A DNA stretch of 64,000 nucleotides from NCBI GenBank assembly GCA_964601615.1, contig CAZRNZ010000002.1:7929-71928 (forward strand), in the 5' to 3' direction. The position numbers and the translations under genes were made by a program. The DNA is from an uncultured Candidatus Saccharibacteria bacterium (lineage in GTDB: Bacteria; Patescibacteriota; Minisyncoccia; Phycocordibacterales; UBA918). Shown here in pieces: positions 27,653-37,054 of the stretch (positions are counted from its first letter, which is position 1; each line of letters begins with the position of its first letter). The notes beneath the pieces were generated by a model, which worked only from the letters and a program-made list of their open reading frames with translations, was not told where the DNA came from and made no database searches.

Positions 27653-28615
27653 TTAAGAATGTAGGTCTTTATTATACCCCCCTGCCACAGTCAATTCAGC
27701 CTTGATAGTGTCGTGAGACTGATAATCAATCAATTCAACATGTTCTGGACGGAAGTTATCGAGTGAAGTTACTTCATCACTAATTTTAATCTTAGGGAAA
27801 TTCATTGGCTCACGAGCGAGTTGCTCTTTGGCTTGTTCGATATGATTCTCATAGATATGCACATCTCCAAAAGTATGGACAAACTCACCTGGTTCTCGAC
27901 CAAGGATTTTAGCGATAATACAAGTCAAAAGAGCGTAACTACCAATATTGAAAGGTACTCCTAGGAAAATATCGGCACTTCTTTGATAAAGCTGTAAACA
28001 AACTTTGCCGTTTTTGATGTTCACTTGATACATATTGTGACAAATCGGAAAACGAGCAGCCTCACCTTTGGCTGCCATGGAATACATATAAGCTGGGTTC
28101 CATGAAGTAACCAAAGTATTGTGTGCATCAAAGTCTTTAGTTAGTTCGTCTATCACCCAACCAAGTTGATCAACTTCTCTGCCGTCATTTGCCTGCCAAC
28201 GACGCCAATGTTCACCATAGATATGAGGTAACTCTCCATGGGCCTTAGCAAAAGATTCATCAGTTTTTATTTTCTCAACAAACTCTTCTTTGGTTAAAGA
28301 CTCCACTTCTCCCTTCTCTACTTTTTCATTGTAGATTTTGTATGGATAGTCGTCCCAAATATGAACATTATTATCCACTAAATATTTAATATTAGATTGA
28401 CCAGACATAAACCAATAAAGTTCATGCAAGACTCCCTTCCAATAAACTTTTTTGGTAGTAAGAAGCGGTAAACCTTCTGACAAATCAAAACGAATTTGAC
28501 GACCAAATAAACTATAAGTAGTCACACCCGTTCCTTTATCGACTTGCTTATCGCCCGAGTCGATTAACTCCTGCATTAAATCTAAGTATTGATATTCTGG
28601 GTGTTTGTTGCTCAT
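27653..28615 (-). CDS. thyA: Thymidylate synthase (long ThyA form)
   Basis: YLDLMQELIDSG, RFPICHNMYQ, LQLYQRSADIFLGVPFNIGSYALL. Confidence 0.85.
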   Translation of the reverse strand: MSNKHPEYQYLDLMQELIDSGDKQVDKGTGVTTYSLFGRQIRFDLSEGLPLLTTKKVYWKGVLHELYWFMSGQSNIKYLVDNNVHIWDDYPYKIYNEKVEKGEVESLTKEEFVEKIKTDESFAKAHGELPHIYGEHWRRWQANDGREVDQLGWVIDELTKDFDAHNTLVTSWNPAYMYSMAAKGEAARFPICHNMYQVNIKNGKVCLQLYQRSADIFLGVPFNIGSYALLTCIIAKILGREPGEFVHTFGDVHIYENHIEQAKEQLAREPMNFPKIKISDEVTSLDNFRPEHVELIDYQSHDTIKAELTVAGGYNKDLHS

Positions 28616-28617
28616 GT

Positions 28618-29205
28618 TTATTTTTTCTTAACTACTTTTTTAACTTTATTTCTAGCTAGTGGACCAGTTTTAGGTGGCACATAAGAAGCAAAGTTATTCT
28701 GGTGATATCGTCCCGTATCACGATAACTCTTCTTAGCACTAGACGATAAAGTTGAAAAAGTTAATTGTGCAATCTCCATTCCAGGACGAAGTACAATTGG
28801 CACATTGTTTAGATTGCAAAGTTCGAGTGCAATATTGAGATAATGACCTGGGTTTACGATACTTGCTGAGTTATGAACAATAAGACCAATACGAGCCAAT
28901 GAAGACTTACCATTTACTTCAATTAAGTAGTGGTCACTACCAAACTTTTCTTTAGAATAACCCAAAATCGAAACTCCAGGATGAAGCACAAACTCTTCTC
29001 CGTCTGCTACTTCTACGGTCTGCGTTTTAGGAAAAATTCCCTTCACCGGATCAATTGCTTTGGTGGAATGAGCATCATTAATGATAAAAGTATTACCAAG
29101 CTTAATATCGTAAGTTGCTGGCTGAAGTTGTTTCGGATTAAAAGGCTCAAGAATTATCTCCCCCTTTTTAACTGATGCATGAATATCTTTGTCTGACAAA
29201 AACAT
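28618..29205 (-). CDS. dcd: dCTP deaminase (dUTPase superfamily)
   Basis: MFLSDKDIHASVKKGEIILEPF...ATYDIKLG, 195 aa. Confidence 0.8.
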   Translation of the reverse strand: MFLSDKDIHASVKKGEIILEPFNPKQLQPATYDIKLGNTFIINDAHSTKAIDPVKGIFPKTQTVEVADGEEFVLHPGVSILGYSKEKFGSDHYLIEVNGKSSLARIGLIVHNSASIVNPGHYLNIALELCNLNNVPIVLRPGMEIAQLTFSTLSSSAKKSYRDTGRYHQNNFASYVPPKTGPLARNKVKKVVKKK

Positions 29206-29211
29206 AGGAAT

Positions 29212-29886
29212 TTATTCAACTAAGAAAGTATTATCGGTCCCGTAATAATCACGCCAGTTTTTATTGTAGTGAGAAAACATTCTCTCTAATCTATCTTGTG
29301 GCAACTCAGAAATACCAAGCTCGGACATAATTTCGTCTATCTTTTCACGAGTAATAGTAACCTCATCTTCGTTATCTAAAACTTTTTCAAACTCAGCCAA
29401 ATAACCATAGCCGGCATTTTTATCAATACAAACATTTAGACCCTTATAGTTGTATTCTTCGCGTTCGCGAGACCACTTAGCCTGATATTCAAAACCGGCT
29501 TTCTGCAAAATCTCATCTAGCTCTGCTAATGTAAGATCAATCAATTCTTCAAACTCCAATCTTGAAATAGTATTAGCACTACTTCCCTCATCAACAGAAG
29601 CTTTTACCACTAAGTAAACCAGATCATCTTTTTGACGAGTACGAATAGAAAAATCTTTTCCTTTGCTTACGATACTAGAAAGACTATCTTTAACATCAGA
29701 AGTTAGATAATCATCCACAGCCTTTTGCAGCTCTTTAATATCACCTCCTTCAAAGTAGTGATTGAGTTGAGTGTTACAACTAGACATTGAACAATTTGGA
29801 TCTAATTCACACATCTTTTGCTTAAGAATTTCCACATTATTCTTATCACCAAGCAAACTCTTGATTTCTATTTCGTATTGAGACAT
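29212..29886 (-). CDS. CYTH-domain protein (class IV adenylyl cyclase / triphosphatase fold)
   Basis: Begins YEIEIKSLL (ExExK motif), 224 aa. Confidence 0.5.
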   Translation of the reverse strand: MSQYEIEIKSLLGDKNNVEILKQKMCELDPNCSMSSCNTQLNHYFEGGDIKELQKAVDDYLTSDVKDSLSSIVSKGKDFSIRTRQKDDLVYLVVKASVDEGSSANTISRLEFEELIDLTLAELDEILQKAGFEYQAKWSREREEYNYKGLNVCIDKNAGYGYLAEFEKVLDNEDEVTITREKIDEIMSELGISELPQDRLERMFSHYNKNWRDYYGTDNTFLVE

Positions 29887-29949
29887 ATCTCAACTATTAT
29901 ACCTTGCGTATATCATAGATGCTATACTGGATTAAATAAGATATTTACT

Positions 29950-30462
29950 ATGTCATACAAAGATACTCCATTGGTTATCGTGTCCGGAATCGGTGAAAAT
30001 ACTCGGGCAATAGGTAAAAATAACGAACTTTTATTTCATGTTCCTGATGACTTAAAGCGTTTTAAACAACTAACTTTGGGACACCCGATAATCATGGGTC
30101 GCAAGACTTTTGAGTCTATTTTGGCAATATTGGGCAAACCTTTCCCTGGAAGGACAAATATCGTAATTACCAGAGATGTAAATTACTCTCACGAAGGAGT
30201 AAGGGTTGTTCACTCTCTTGAAGAAGCGTTTGACTTAGCCCTAGAGGAAAATCCTACCGAAATACATATCGGAGGAGGTGCAGAATTATATAAACAATCA
30301 CTACCTTTTGTTGATAGGTTGCATTTAACTTTATTTAAAGATGAAAGAGAGGGAGATGCTTTCTTCCCAGAGTATGAGGGCGATTTCTTCGAAATCGCCC
30401 GCCATGGAGTGCAAGAATACGAAGGTTTGGAATATGAATGGGTTGATTTGGCAAGAAAATAA
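29950..30462 (+). CDS. folA: Dihydrofolate reductase; start moved to MSYKDTPLVIV relative to ORF track
   Basis: LVIVSGIGENTRAIGKNNELLFHVPDDLKRFKQLTLGHPIIMGRKTFESI; divergent from thyA-dcd. Confidence 0.85.
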   Translation: MSYKDTPLVIVSGIGENTRAIGKNNELLFHVPDDLKRFKQLTLGHPIIMGRKTFESILAILGKPFPGRTNIVITRDVNYSHEGVRVVHSLEEAFDLALEENPTEIHIGGGAELYKQSLPFVDRLHLTLFKDEREGDAFFPEYEGDFFEIARHGVQEYEGLEYEWVDLARK

Positions 30463-30464
30463 AA

Positions 30465-30510
30465 AAGAAAGCCGGCGAGTTATATAAGCTCGCCGGCTGT
30501 TTTATTTTTT
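30465..30510 (+). terminator. Intrinsic terminator after folA
   Basis: gccggcgagttatataagctcgccggc + tgttttatttttt. Confidence 0.75.
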
Positions 30511-31087
30511 AGGCCACCATGTCCACGAATCCGCCGAGGCGTTCCTTACGAATCAAGTAAGGATCCTTCGACAAAAGAACGAGTTCCTGACGAGCCTCAG
30601 CAAACATTGCCGCCTTATCCTTGGACATAGACAACTGTTGAACAGTCGACATTTCCGTCAGATAGTGCCACCGAGCACTCTCGAACTGCTCAGCCGGACA
30701 AAGACTTGCAGTCTCTGCGAAGACCGCTGTCCAATGATAATGAAATTCATCAAACTCCTCACGATGAGGATGATCTGCCGGCAGTTCCCTGACCGTACTG
30801 CCCAGATAAATAACCTGACCAGAAATAGTGACACCAAGTTCTTCACGAAGTTCGCGAACAGTGGCTCCGTAGATAAGTTCACCTTGTTCAATCTGCCCCT
30901 GAGGCGGACTGAGATTCAGACGACCATCACTGATGGCCTTACTGGAAGCACAAAGACAAATTGCTTTGCCGTTGGGATTGATGAGCAGAACAGAGACCAC
31001 CTGCCGACGACGCTTCAAGGAAGACATTTCTTCCTTGATGGTGTTGCCGACATTTGCCAACCTTACCAAAGAACCTTTACGCATCAA
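30509..31087 (-). CDS. Nudix hydrolase
   Basis: Nudix box GQIEQGELIYGATVRELREELGV. Confidence 0.7.
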   Translation of the reverse strand: MMRKGSLVRLANVGNTIKEEMSSLKRRRQVVSVLLINPNGKAICLCASSKAISDGRLNLSPPQGQIEQGELIYGATVRELREELGVTISGQVIYLGSTVRELPADHPHREEFDEFHYHWTAVFAETASLCPAEQFESARWHYLTEMSTVQQLSMSKDKAAMFAEARQELVLLSKDPYLIRKERLGGFVDMVA

Positions 31088-31143
31088 TATTCCCCTTTTG
31101 CGTTAAAGACCGGTGATTTTATACCACAGATTGTAGAAAAATG

Positions 31144-31176
31144 AAAGAGCGCCGCCCTTCGGGCGGCGCTCTTTCA
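31144..31176 (-). terminator. Intrinsic terminator after rplK
   Basis: agagcgccgcccttcgggcggcgctct flanked by A/T runs. Confidence 0.7.
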
Positions 31177-31191
31177 TTTTAATTGAAAACT

Positions 31192-31617
31192 TTAGTCCTC
31201 AATGGTAACACCCATAGAACGAGCAGTACCTGCGATAGTTTTCATTGCAGCTTCGATAGACGCAGCATTAAGATCTGACATCTTCTTCTCAGCAATTTCG
31301 CGCAATTGAGCTTGAGTTAGTGAACCAACTTTTGCTGAAGGAGCTTTTCCAGATCCTTTGTCCTTGCCGATTGCCTTAAGAATAAGACGAGATGCTGGTG
31401 ATGTCTTCAGTACAAAACTGAAAGAACGGTCATCGTAAACAGAGATAACGGCTGGAACAACCTCTCCCATCTGCTCACGAGTCTGTTCGTTAAACTGGTT
31501 AACGAACTCACCGATGTTAATACCTGCCTGTCCAAGTACAGGACCCAAAGGTGGAGCTGGAGTAGCCTTTCCTCCCGGAGCCTGAACTTTAATTTGTTTG
31601 ATTAATTTTTTTGCCAT
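31192..31617 (-). CDS. rplK: 50S ribosomal protein L11
   Basis: [39 protein letters not shown]. Confidence 0.9.
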   Translation of the reverse strand: MAKKLIKQIKVQAPGGKATPAPPLGPVLGQAGINIGEFVNQFNEQTREQMGEVVPAVISVYDDRSFSFVLKTSPASRLILKAIGKDKGSGKAPSAKVGSLTQAQLREIAEKKMSDLNAASIEAAMKTIAGTARSMGVTIED

Positions 31618-31798
31618 AGTTGTTGTTTTAGAAGCGCAACAGCGCCGTTATAGTACAAGAAAATATAAGAAAATCAACTATATTTTCTAAAAAAGATATA
31701 AATTGAATGAAGAGCGACGAACCTAGTGATTTTTAGAGAGAGTCGTATATAGACATGCAACCGATAAAAATCACGTAGCGACGAAGATATTCGTCAAT

Positions 31799-32344
31799 TT
31801 AGACTTTTTTGATTTGAAGGAAGTCTAGTTCTACCGGAGTCTCACGACCAAACATAGAAACCAGAACCTTTACCTTTCCTCTATCTTCGTCAGTTTCAGC
31901 TACCTTCCCTTCTAAGTCTTTGAAAGGACCGTCTACAATCATCACCAGGTCATCGATAGACAAATCTACCTTGTGTTTTGGTGTATCAGCAGACATACGG
32001 CCAAGCAAAACATTCAGTTCATCCTGAGCTAGCGGCACAGGCTGAGTTCCACTACCAACGAATCCAGTTACTCTTGGAGTATTTCTTACCACGTACCAAG
32101 AATCGTCATCTACAATCATATCTACTAATACGTAACCAGGATAAACCTTCTCCTCTTCGGTTACGCGCTTTCCGCCCTTAACACGAATCTTCTTCTCTGT
32201 TGGAACGATAATATCAAAAATCTTATCGTGCATATTAAGAGAATCAATACGCTGTTTTAGGTTTCTAGATACTGCATTTTCATATCCAGAATATGTATGG
32301 ATTGCGTACCAACGACGCTCTCCTGTACCTTGTTGTTTTTTCAT
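31799..32344 (-). CDS. nusG: Transcription termination/antitermination factor NusG
   Basis: RWYAIHTYSGYENAV NGN domain, KOW C-terminus; secE-nusG-rplK order. Confidence 0.9.
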   Translation of the reverse strand: MKKQQGTGERRWYAIHTYSGYENAVSRNLKQRIDSLNMHDKIFDIIVPTEKKIRVKGGKRVTEEEKVYPGYVLVDMIVDDDSWYVVRNTPRVTGFVGSGTQPVPLAQDELNVLLGRMSADTPKHKVDLSIDDLVMIVDGPFKDLEGKVAETDEDRGKVKVLVSMFGRETPVELDFLQIKKV

Positions 32345-32361
32345 AATGCTTTTTAAATAAA

Positions 32362-32541
32362 TTAGATAACCGTTTCAAGTATGTTTGTAAACAGATAATC
32401 AAAACCAGACAACATTAAAGCAACGATAATAGAGATGATAACGACCAATATCGTATAAGAAACTGCCTGAGCAGAAGTTGGCCACTTAACATGCTTCATT
32501 TCTTCAATCGTATCTTTTATATACTTAGTTATTCTTTCCAT
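32362..32541 (-). CDS. secE: Preprotein translocase subunit SecE (59 aa, unannotated in ORF track)
   Basis: MERITKYIKDTIEEMKHVKWPTSAQAVSYTILVVIISIIVALMLSGFDYLFTNILETVI; single TM; immediately upstream of nusG. Confidence 0.6.
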   Translation of the reverse strand: MERITKYIKDTIEEMKHVKWPTSAQAVSYTILVVIISIIVALMLSGFDYLFTNILETVI

Positions 32542-32687
32542 GATTTCTAAATAATAACTTATAAATTTGGTTTTAAGAAAATATTTTTATTAAAACCAGC
32601 CCTAGAGCGTTATTTTTGGTAGTAAAAAACGCCCCCTCGGGCGAATTACTTGTTTACAACTATACCATATTTGAGGTTCTTTTGCAA

Positions 32688-32722
32688 TAAGAAAAGGCGC
32701 GGACGAAGTCCGCGCCTTTTCT
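32688..32722 (-). terminator. Intrinsic terminator
   Basis: aaaaggcgcggacgaagtccgcgccttttctt. Confidence 0.7.
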
Positions 32723-32737
32723 TCCCATGTCAATCAA

Positions 32738-33520
32738 TTACTTGACTTCAAAACCAATATTAACAACACTTGTTACAGTACTCTCGCCAGTAGGCATATT
32801 TGGAGTAGCTGAATTCAAAGATTCAGCTTTAGCCATAACGGCTGAAGCGTCATAACCGCCATAAAACTCTTCTTCGTAATAACTAGTTATACGAACTAAT
32901 TTAACACCAAGTGTTTTTGCTAAAATATCAGCCTTCTCTTGCGCATCAACAATAGCATTCTCCCTAGCCTGTGCCTTTAGTTCACTTTCATCATCAATAG
33001 TGAAACGAAGTCCACTAATATTTGTCGCACCTCTATCACCTACTGCAGTAATAAGATCACCTGACTTGGTCAGATCACGAACCTTAACCTCAATAGTTTG
33101 ACTGACTTGATATCCATCAATAACAGGGTTTGATGGACAATAATTTCCAGCTGGGCAATTTACACTCTCGTAACGATATTTTGGATTAAGGTTGTAACCA
33201 CTAGTCTTAACATCAGATTCAGAAACTCCCACTTCTTTTAGATAAGCAGTTATTTCATTTATCTTTGCTGCAGAATCCGACTGTGCAGTGGCAGCATCAA
33301 CTCCTTCTGCCATTACTGAAAAAGAAAACGCACCGATATCTGGAACAGCCACAACCTCGCCCTCGCCTCGTACACTAATAGTTGGGGCACCATATGAGCC
33401 GTAATTTGCTTCACGCAAAGTCAACTTAGTATAGGCACCAAGAGAAAGCACAATACCAATAAGAATTAAAACAACTAGAACTTGTACGTACCACAAAGAG
33501 AAAAAGGCTTTTTTATCCAT
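32738..33520 (-). CDS. SIMPL/DUF541-like secreted or membrane-anchored protein
   Basis: N-terminal TM, GEGEVVAVPDIGAFSFSV pattern typical of the SIMPL domain. Confidence 0.45.
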   Translation of the reverse strand: MDKKAFFSLWYVQVLVVLILIGIVLSLGAYTKLTLREANYGSYGAPTISVRGEGEVVAVPDIGAFSFSVMAEGVDAATAQSDSAAKINEITAYLKEVGVSESDVKTSGYNLNPKYRYESVNCPAGNYCPSNPVIDGYQVSQTIEVKVRDLTKSGDLITAVGDRGATNISGLRFTIDDESELKAQARENAIVDAQEKADILAKTLGVKLVRITSYYEEEFYGGYDASAVMAKAESLNSATPNMPTGESTVTSVVNIGFEVK

Positions 33521-33558
33521 AATTATTTTTTAATTTCTAATTAAAGATAATTATACAT

Positions 33559-34482
33559 CTAGCGAGTAAAAGCTAGCAACTTATTAAGAAACCCGATTTC
33601 ACAAGAAGTTGCAAAAGCAGATCTATCTTCCTCTGAAAGACTTAACGGGTTTGACTGACCTCCCATCAAATAATACATAACAGATGATGAAGAATTAACA
33701 TGTTCAATGCCAAGTGCATGTCCAAGCTCATGAGCTAACACCAAAACAAGTTCATACCTATTTGTAAACGCGTAAACATTTATTTCTCTACTCCTGTAAT
33801 CGCCTTGCGTATATTCATGATCATGAATATACGCATCGTTGAATCTATTTACCCGTTCATTATATTCAGTAATTAGCTCATTACCCTTTTCTCCAATAGA
33901 GTTAATTTGATTCACTAAATCATCCATAGTCTCATTAAGACTATTGATCTCGCGCCTTTTCCTATCTAAATCAATTCTCCTATCCTCTAAATCTTGATAA
34001 GCTTCGGCAGGTGCACCACCAACGGAGTTGTAGTTTTCAACCTCTTCATTATATGAAAGCAATTCTGTTTCATAACTAGAAACCATTTGGTTGTAACTTG
34101 ATTCATGAACACTGTATTCTGCAACGAGTTGCTTATGTAATTCCACTAACACTTCATTTGCATCTCCTCTAATAAGTAAATCCTTACGAGCCTGAGATGC
34201 CGCTGCTGCCTGTCTTTGCCTTTCGTCATAAACAAAGTTTATCTTAAGTGAAGAATCTTCTTCGTAAGAAAAAATATCATCTCTACCTAAAGAATTTTCC
34301 CATAAAGATTCTGCTTCACGCAGAGCTGACTCAGCATCTTTCTTGGACACTCCAAAACGGTCATCAAAGCTACCCATTGAATACCTAACAGGAAGGTTGC
34401 AACTTGGATTTACTAATTGGAATAAAAAAGTACCAATTAGACAAACAATTACCAAACTTAAAAAAATTTGTAAAAATTTCAT
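33559..34482 (-). CDS. Secreted metzincin (matrixin-like, M10) zinc metalloprotease with coiled-coil region
   Basis: Signal peptide; HELGHALGIEH (HExxHxxGxxH) + SVMYY Met-turn. Confidence 0.7.
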   Translation of the reverse strand: MKFLQIFLSLVIVCLIGTFLFQLVNPSCNLPVRYSMGSFDDRFGVSKKDAESALREAESLWENSLGRDDIFSYEEDSSLKINFVYDERQRQAAAASQARKDLLIRGDANEVLVELHKQLVAEYSVHESSYNQMVSSYETELLSYNEEVENYNSVGGAPAEAYQDLEDRRIDLDRKRREINSLNETMDDLVNQINSIGEKGNELITEYNERVNRFNDAYIHDHEYTQGDYRSREINVYAFTNRYELVLVLAHELGHALGIEHVNSSSSVMYYLMGGQSNPLSLSEEDRSAFATSCEIGFLNKLLAFTR

Positions 34483-34533
34483 AGAAAACTGACTGATTTA
34501 ATTCACAACCGAAAAACTCACAACATATTATAA

Positions 34534-34563
34534 CAAGAGCGGGAGTTTCACTCCCGCTCTTGT
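34534..34563 (-). terminator. Intrinsic terminator
   Basis: agagcgggagtttcactcccgctct. Confidence 0.65.
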
Positions 34564-34585
34564 TCTTCTATATCAAATCCTCAAA

Positions 34586-35212
34586 CTAACAACTGAAATC
34601 ACCTTCGCCACAAGGACTAAGTGGTTTGTTAGAATTTTCCATTGCCCCAGGCTCAGTTCCGACAGTAATAAAATCTTCTGACTTATTACCATCTTCCCCA
34701 TTCCACATAGTCCAGTAATATTTCCATTCGTACCAACCAATATTCAAATGCTTGATGTAAACACCGTTATCAGCCAACATAGTTCCCGCCTTTCTGGTCA
34801 CCATACAAGCTGCACTATAACAATAAGCGATTATATCTTTACCAGGATTTTCAGCGACAACCTCTTGATATGAACGCAAAATTCTTTCTGCACTAGTTTC
34901 CTCACCAGTAGCATCGCTTGGCATATAATTTGGAATATTTATTGCTCCTGTTACATGACCAGCTTCGTACTCAGCCTTTGAACGCATATCCACCACAACA
35001 TGCTTATCTTGATTTCCAGTCTCTAAAGCTGTTTTAATATCATAAGGACTCACCGAAACAAGATTTTCAATTTTATAATACTCAGTAATCAAATCTTCTT
35101 TGCTGTAATTATCTCCCCAAACAACTTTACCCGAATAAAGCATCAAAGCGCCGAGAACAACACCTGCAACAAAAACAATTAATAACACTTGGTTCTCTTT
35201 GAAAAATTTCAT
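34586..35212 (-). CDS. Membrane-anchored rhodanese-like domain protein
   Basis: N-terminal TM; HVVVDMRSKAEYEAGHVTGAINIP and AYCYSAACMVTRK rhodanese-like segments. Confidence 0.45.
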   Translation of the reverse strand: MKFFKENQVLLIVFVAGVVLGALMLYSGKVVWGDNYSKEDLITEYYKIENLVSVSPYDIKTALETGNQDKHVVVDMRSKAEYEAGHVTGAINIPNYMPSDATGEETSAERILRSYQEVVAENPGKDIIAYCYSAACMVTRKAGTMLADNGVYIKHLNIGWYEWKYYWTMWNGEDGNKSEDFITVGTEPGAMENSNKPLSPCGEGDFSC

Positions 35213-35304
35213 AATAAATTAATTTTACAGCAAATTTTAGACAATCGCGACCCCTGAATTTTTAGGTGATAAATTGTAGGCTTTTTCTGCTTTAAATATT
35301 AATA

Positions 35305-35336
35305 AAAAACGCCCCTGTATCAGGGGCGTTTTTTAT
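35305..35336 (-). terminator. Intrinsic terminator after nrdA
   Basis: aaaaaacgcccctgtatcaggggcgtttttt. Confidence 0.75.
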
Positions 35337-37012
35337 TTGGAAAGTTTTTGACGGGTTAGAGCTTGTGCTGCATTCATAGAATGTTGATAGTACAAAGCCT
35401 TTACTCCCCTCTTCCAAGCCGTAAGGTAAAGCTGGTTAATATCCTTTGGTGGTACATCTGGCGGAACCATGATATTCAAAGACTGGCCTTGATCAATATA
35501 TTCCTGTCGTACAGCTGCCTGCTCAATTACGACGGCTTGATCTAATTCTGGGAAAGTACGAAAAACTTGTCGCTCTTCCTCTGATAGAAAATCTAGATGT
35601 TGTACCGAACCATCATGGTCACGAATTGAATTCCAAACCTCTTTAGTATTCTTTCCTTTTTCTTCTAGCAAGTCTTCTAAAAATGGATTACGGATAGTTA
35701 CTTTTAACTTAGCTACGTCTTTTACATAGGCATTACTCCAGACGGGTTCAATAGACTGAGAAACTTGTCCCAAAATAAATGCTGACGAAGTTGTTGGTGC
35801 AATAGCAAAAATAGTTGTATTGCGGCGGCCATAACCTTTTAGGATTTCTGGCTCACCATATTCTTCAGCTAGTTTTTGTGAGGCCTCAACTCCCTTCTTT
35901 TGCATATTCTGCCAAATTTCTTTGTTTAACTCACTCGCTTTTTCGCTTTCAAAAGGAATTCTCTTACTCTGTAAGAAAGAGTGCCAGCCCAAAACTCCCA
36001 CTCCCAAAGCACGATGATTTTTGGCAAAGTTATAAGCACGTTCCATAAATAGAAACGCTTGATTGTCAGAACGCTCTTTAGAATCACGTAGAGTTTCTAG
36101 ACGATTACAAAAATCAGTGATTACTGCATCGAGCAAAGACACCATCACCTCAATCAAATCTGTATCTTTCCACTCATCATAGTGAAGAAGGTTTACTGAA
36201 GACAAACAACACACGAAAGAATTATCTACATCAGACGGAAGCATAATTTCTGAACAAAGATTTGAAGCAACAATCTTCATGTTTTTATCTTTGTAAACAT
36301 CAGGCTTGTTTTTGTTAGCATTTCCGCCAAACAAAATATAAGGATAACCAATTTCACCACGACGTTGAATTACCTTTGCCCAAATTTTACGCTTTTCTTC
36401 ATCGCCTGCCACCATGTCTTCCATCCACTCATCGCCTACAGTAACTGCATGAGTCATGTTCTGAATTGGATTCCCTTCAGTACCAATATCCAAAAATTCC
36501 ATAATATCTGGATGTTCAAGTGGCAAGTAAGGAGAAAATGAACCACGACGAACTTTTCCTTGTGATACGACGTGAATCAATGTCTCAAACATTTGCATAA
36601 AATGCACCGGACCATTGGAAGTCCCATTATTGGTGATTTCTGCACCACGACCACGAAGTGCCCCGAAGTAACCAGAAGTTCCGCCACCATACTTAGACAT
36701 CATGCCATTCTCTGCATGAGTGTACATAATGCTCGACATATCGTCTGCCAAGTAAGATCCAAAACAACTTATTGGTAATCCTCTACCGAGACCAAAGTTA
36801 GCCCAAACCGGAGTAGAAAAAGAAATCCAACCCTTAGAAGAATAATCAACCAACTTATCAGCAAAGCCGGGCTTGTTTAAAATCTTTTCTGCATAATCAG
36901 CAATCTGACGCACACGCTCTTCAGGACTTTGACCTTCAAGCGTATAGCCACGAGACATAAATTGTCTTGAGTTTTCATTTAGCCAGTACCATGGTTGATT
37001 TCTGTCGATCAT
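35333..37012 (-). CDS. nrdA: Class I ribonucleotide reductase alpha subunit lacking N-terminal ATP-cone
   Basis: 559 aa; catalytic NLCSEIMLP, C-terminal tail; no ATP-cone at N-terminus. Confidence 0.8.
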   Translation of the reverse strand: MIDRNQPWYWLNENSRQFMSRGYTLEGQSPEERVRQIADYAEKILNKPGFADKLVDYSSKGWISFSTPVWANFGLGRGLPISCFGSYLADDMSSIMYTHAENGMMSKYGGGTSGYFGALRGRGAEITNNGTSNGPVHFMQMFETLIHVVSQGKVRRGSFSPYLPLEHPDIMEFLDIGTEGNPIQNMTHAVTVGDEWMEDMVAGDEEKRKIWAKVIQRRGEIGYPYILFGGNANKNKPDVYKDKNMKIVASNLCSEIMLPSDVDNSFVCCLSSVNLLHYDEWKDTDLIEVMVSLLDAVITDFCNRLETLRDSKERSDNQAFLFMERAYNFAKNHRALGVGVLGWHSFLQSKRIPFESEKASELNKEIWQNMQKKGVEASQKLAEEYGEPEILKGYGRRNTTIFAIAPTTSSAFILGQVSQSIEPVWSNAYVKDVAKLKVTIRNPFLEDLLEEKGKNTKEVWNSIRDHDGSVQHLDFLSEEERQVFRTFPELDQAVVIEQAAVRQEYIDQGQSLNIMVPPDVPPKDINQLYLTAWKRGVKALYYQHSMNAAQALTRQKLSK

Positions 37013-37054
37013 AATTCTTTTTGGTTGAAATAAATTAATGTGTCTATTTTACTA

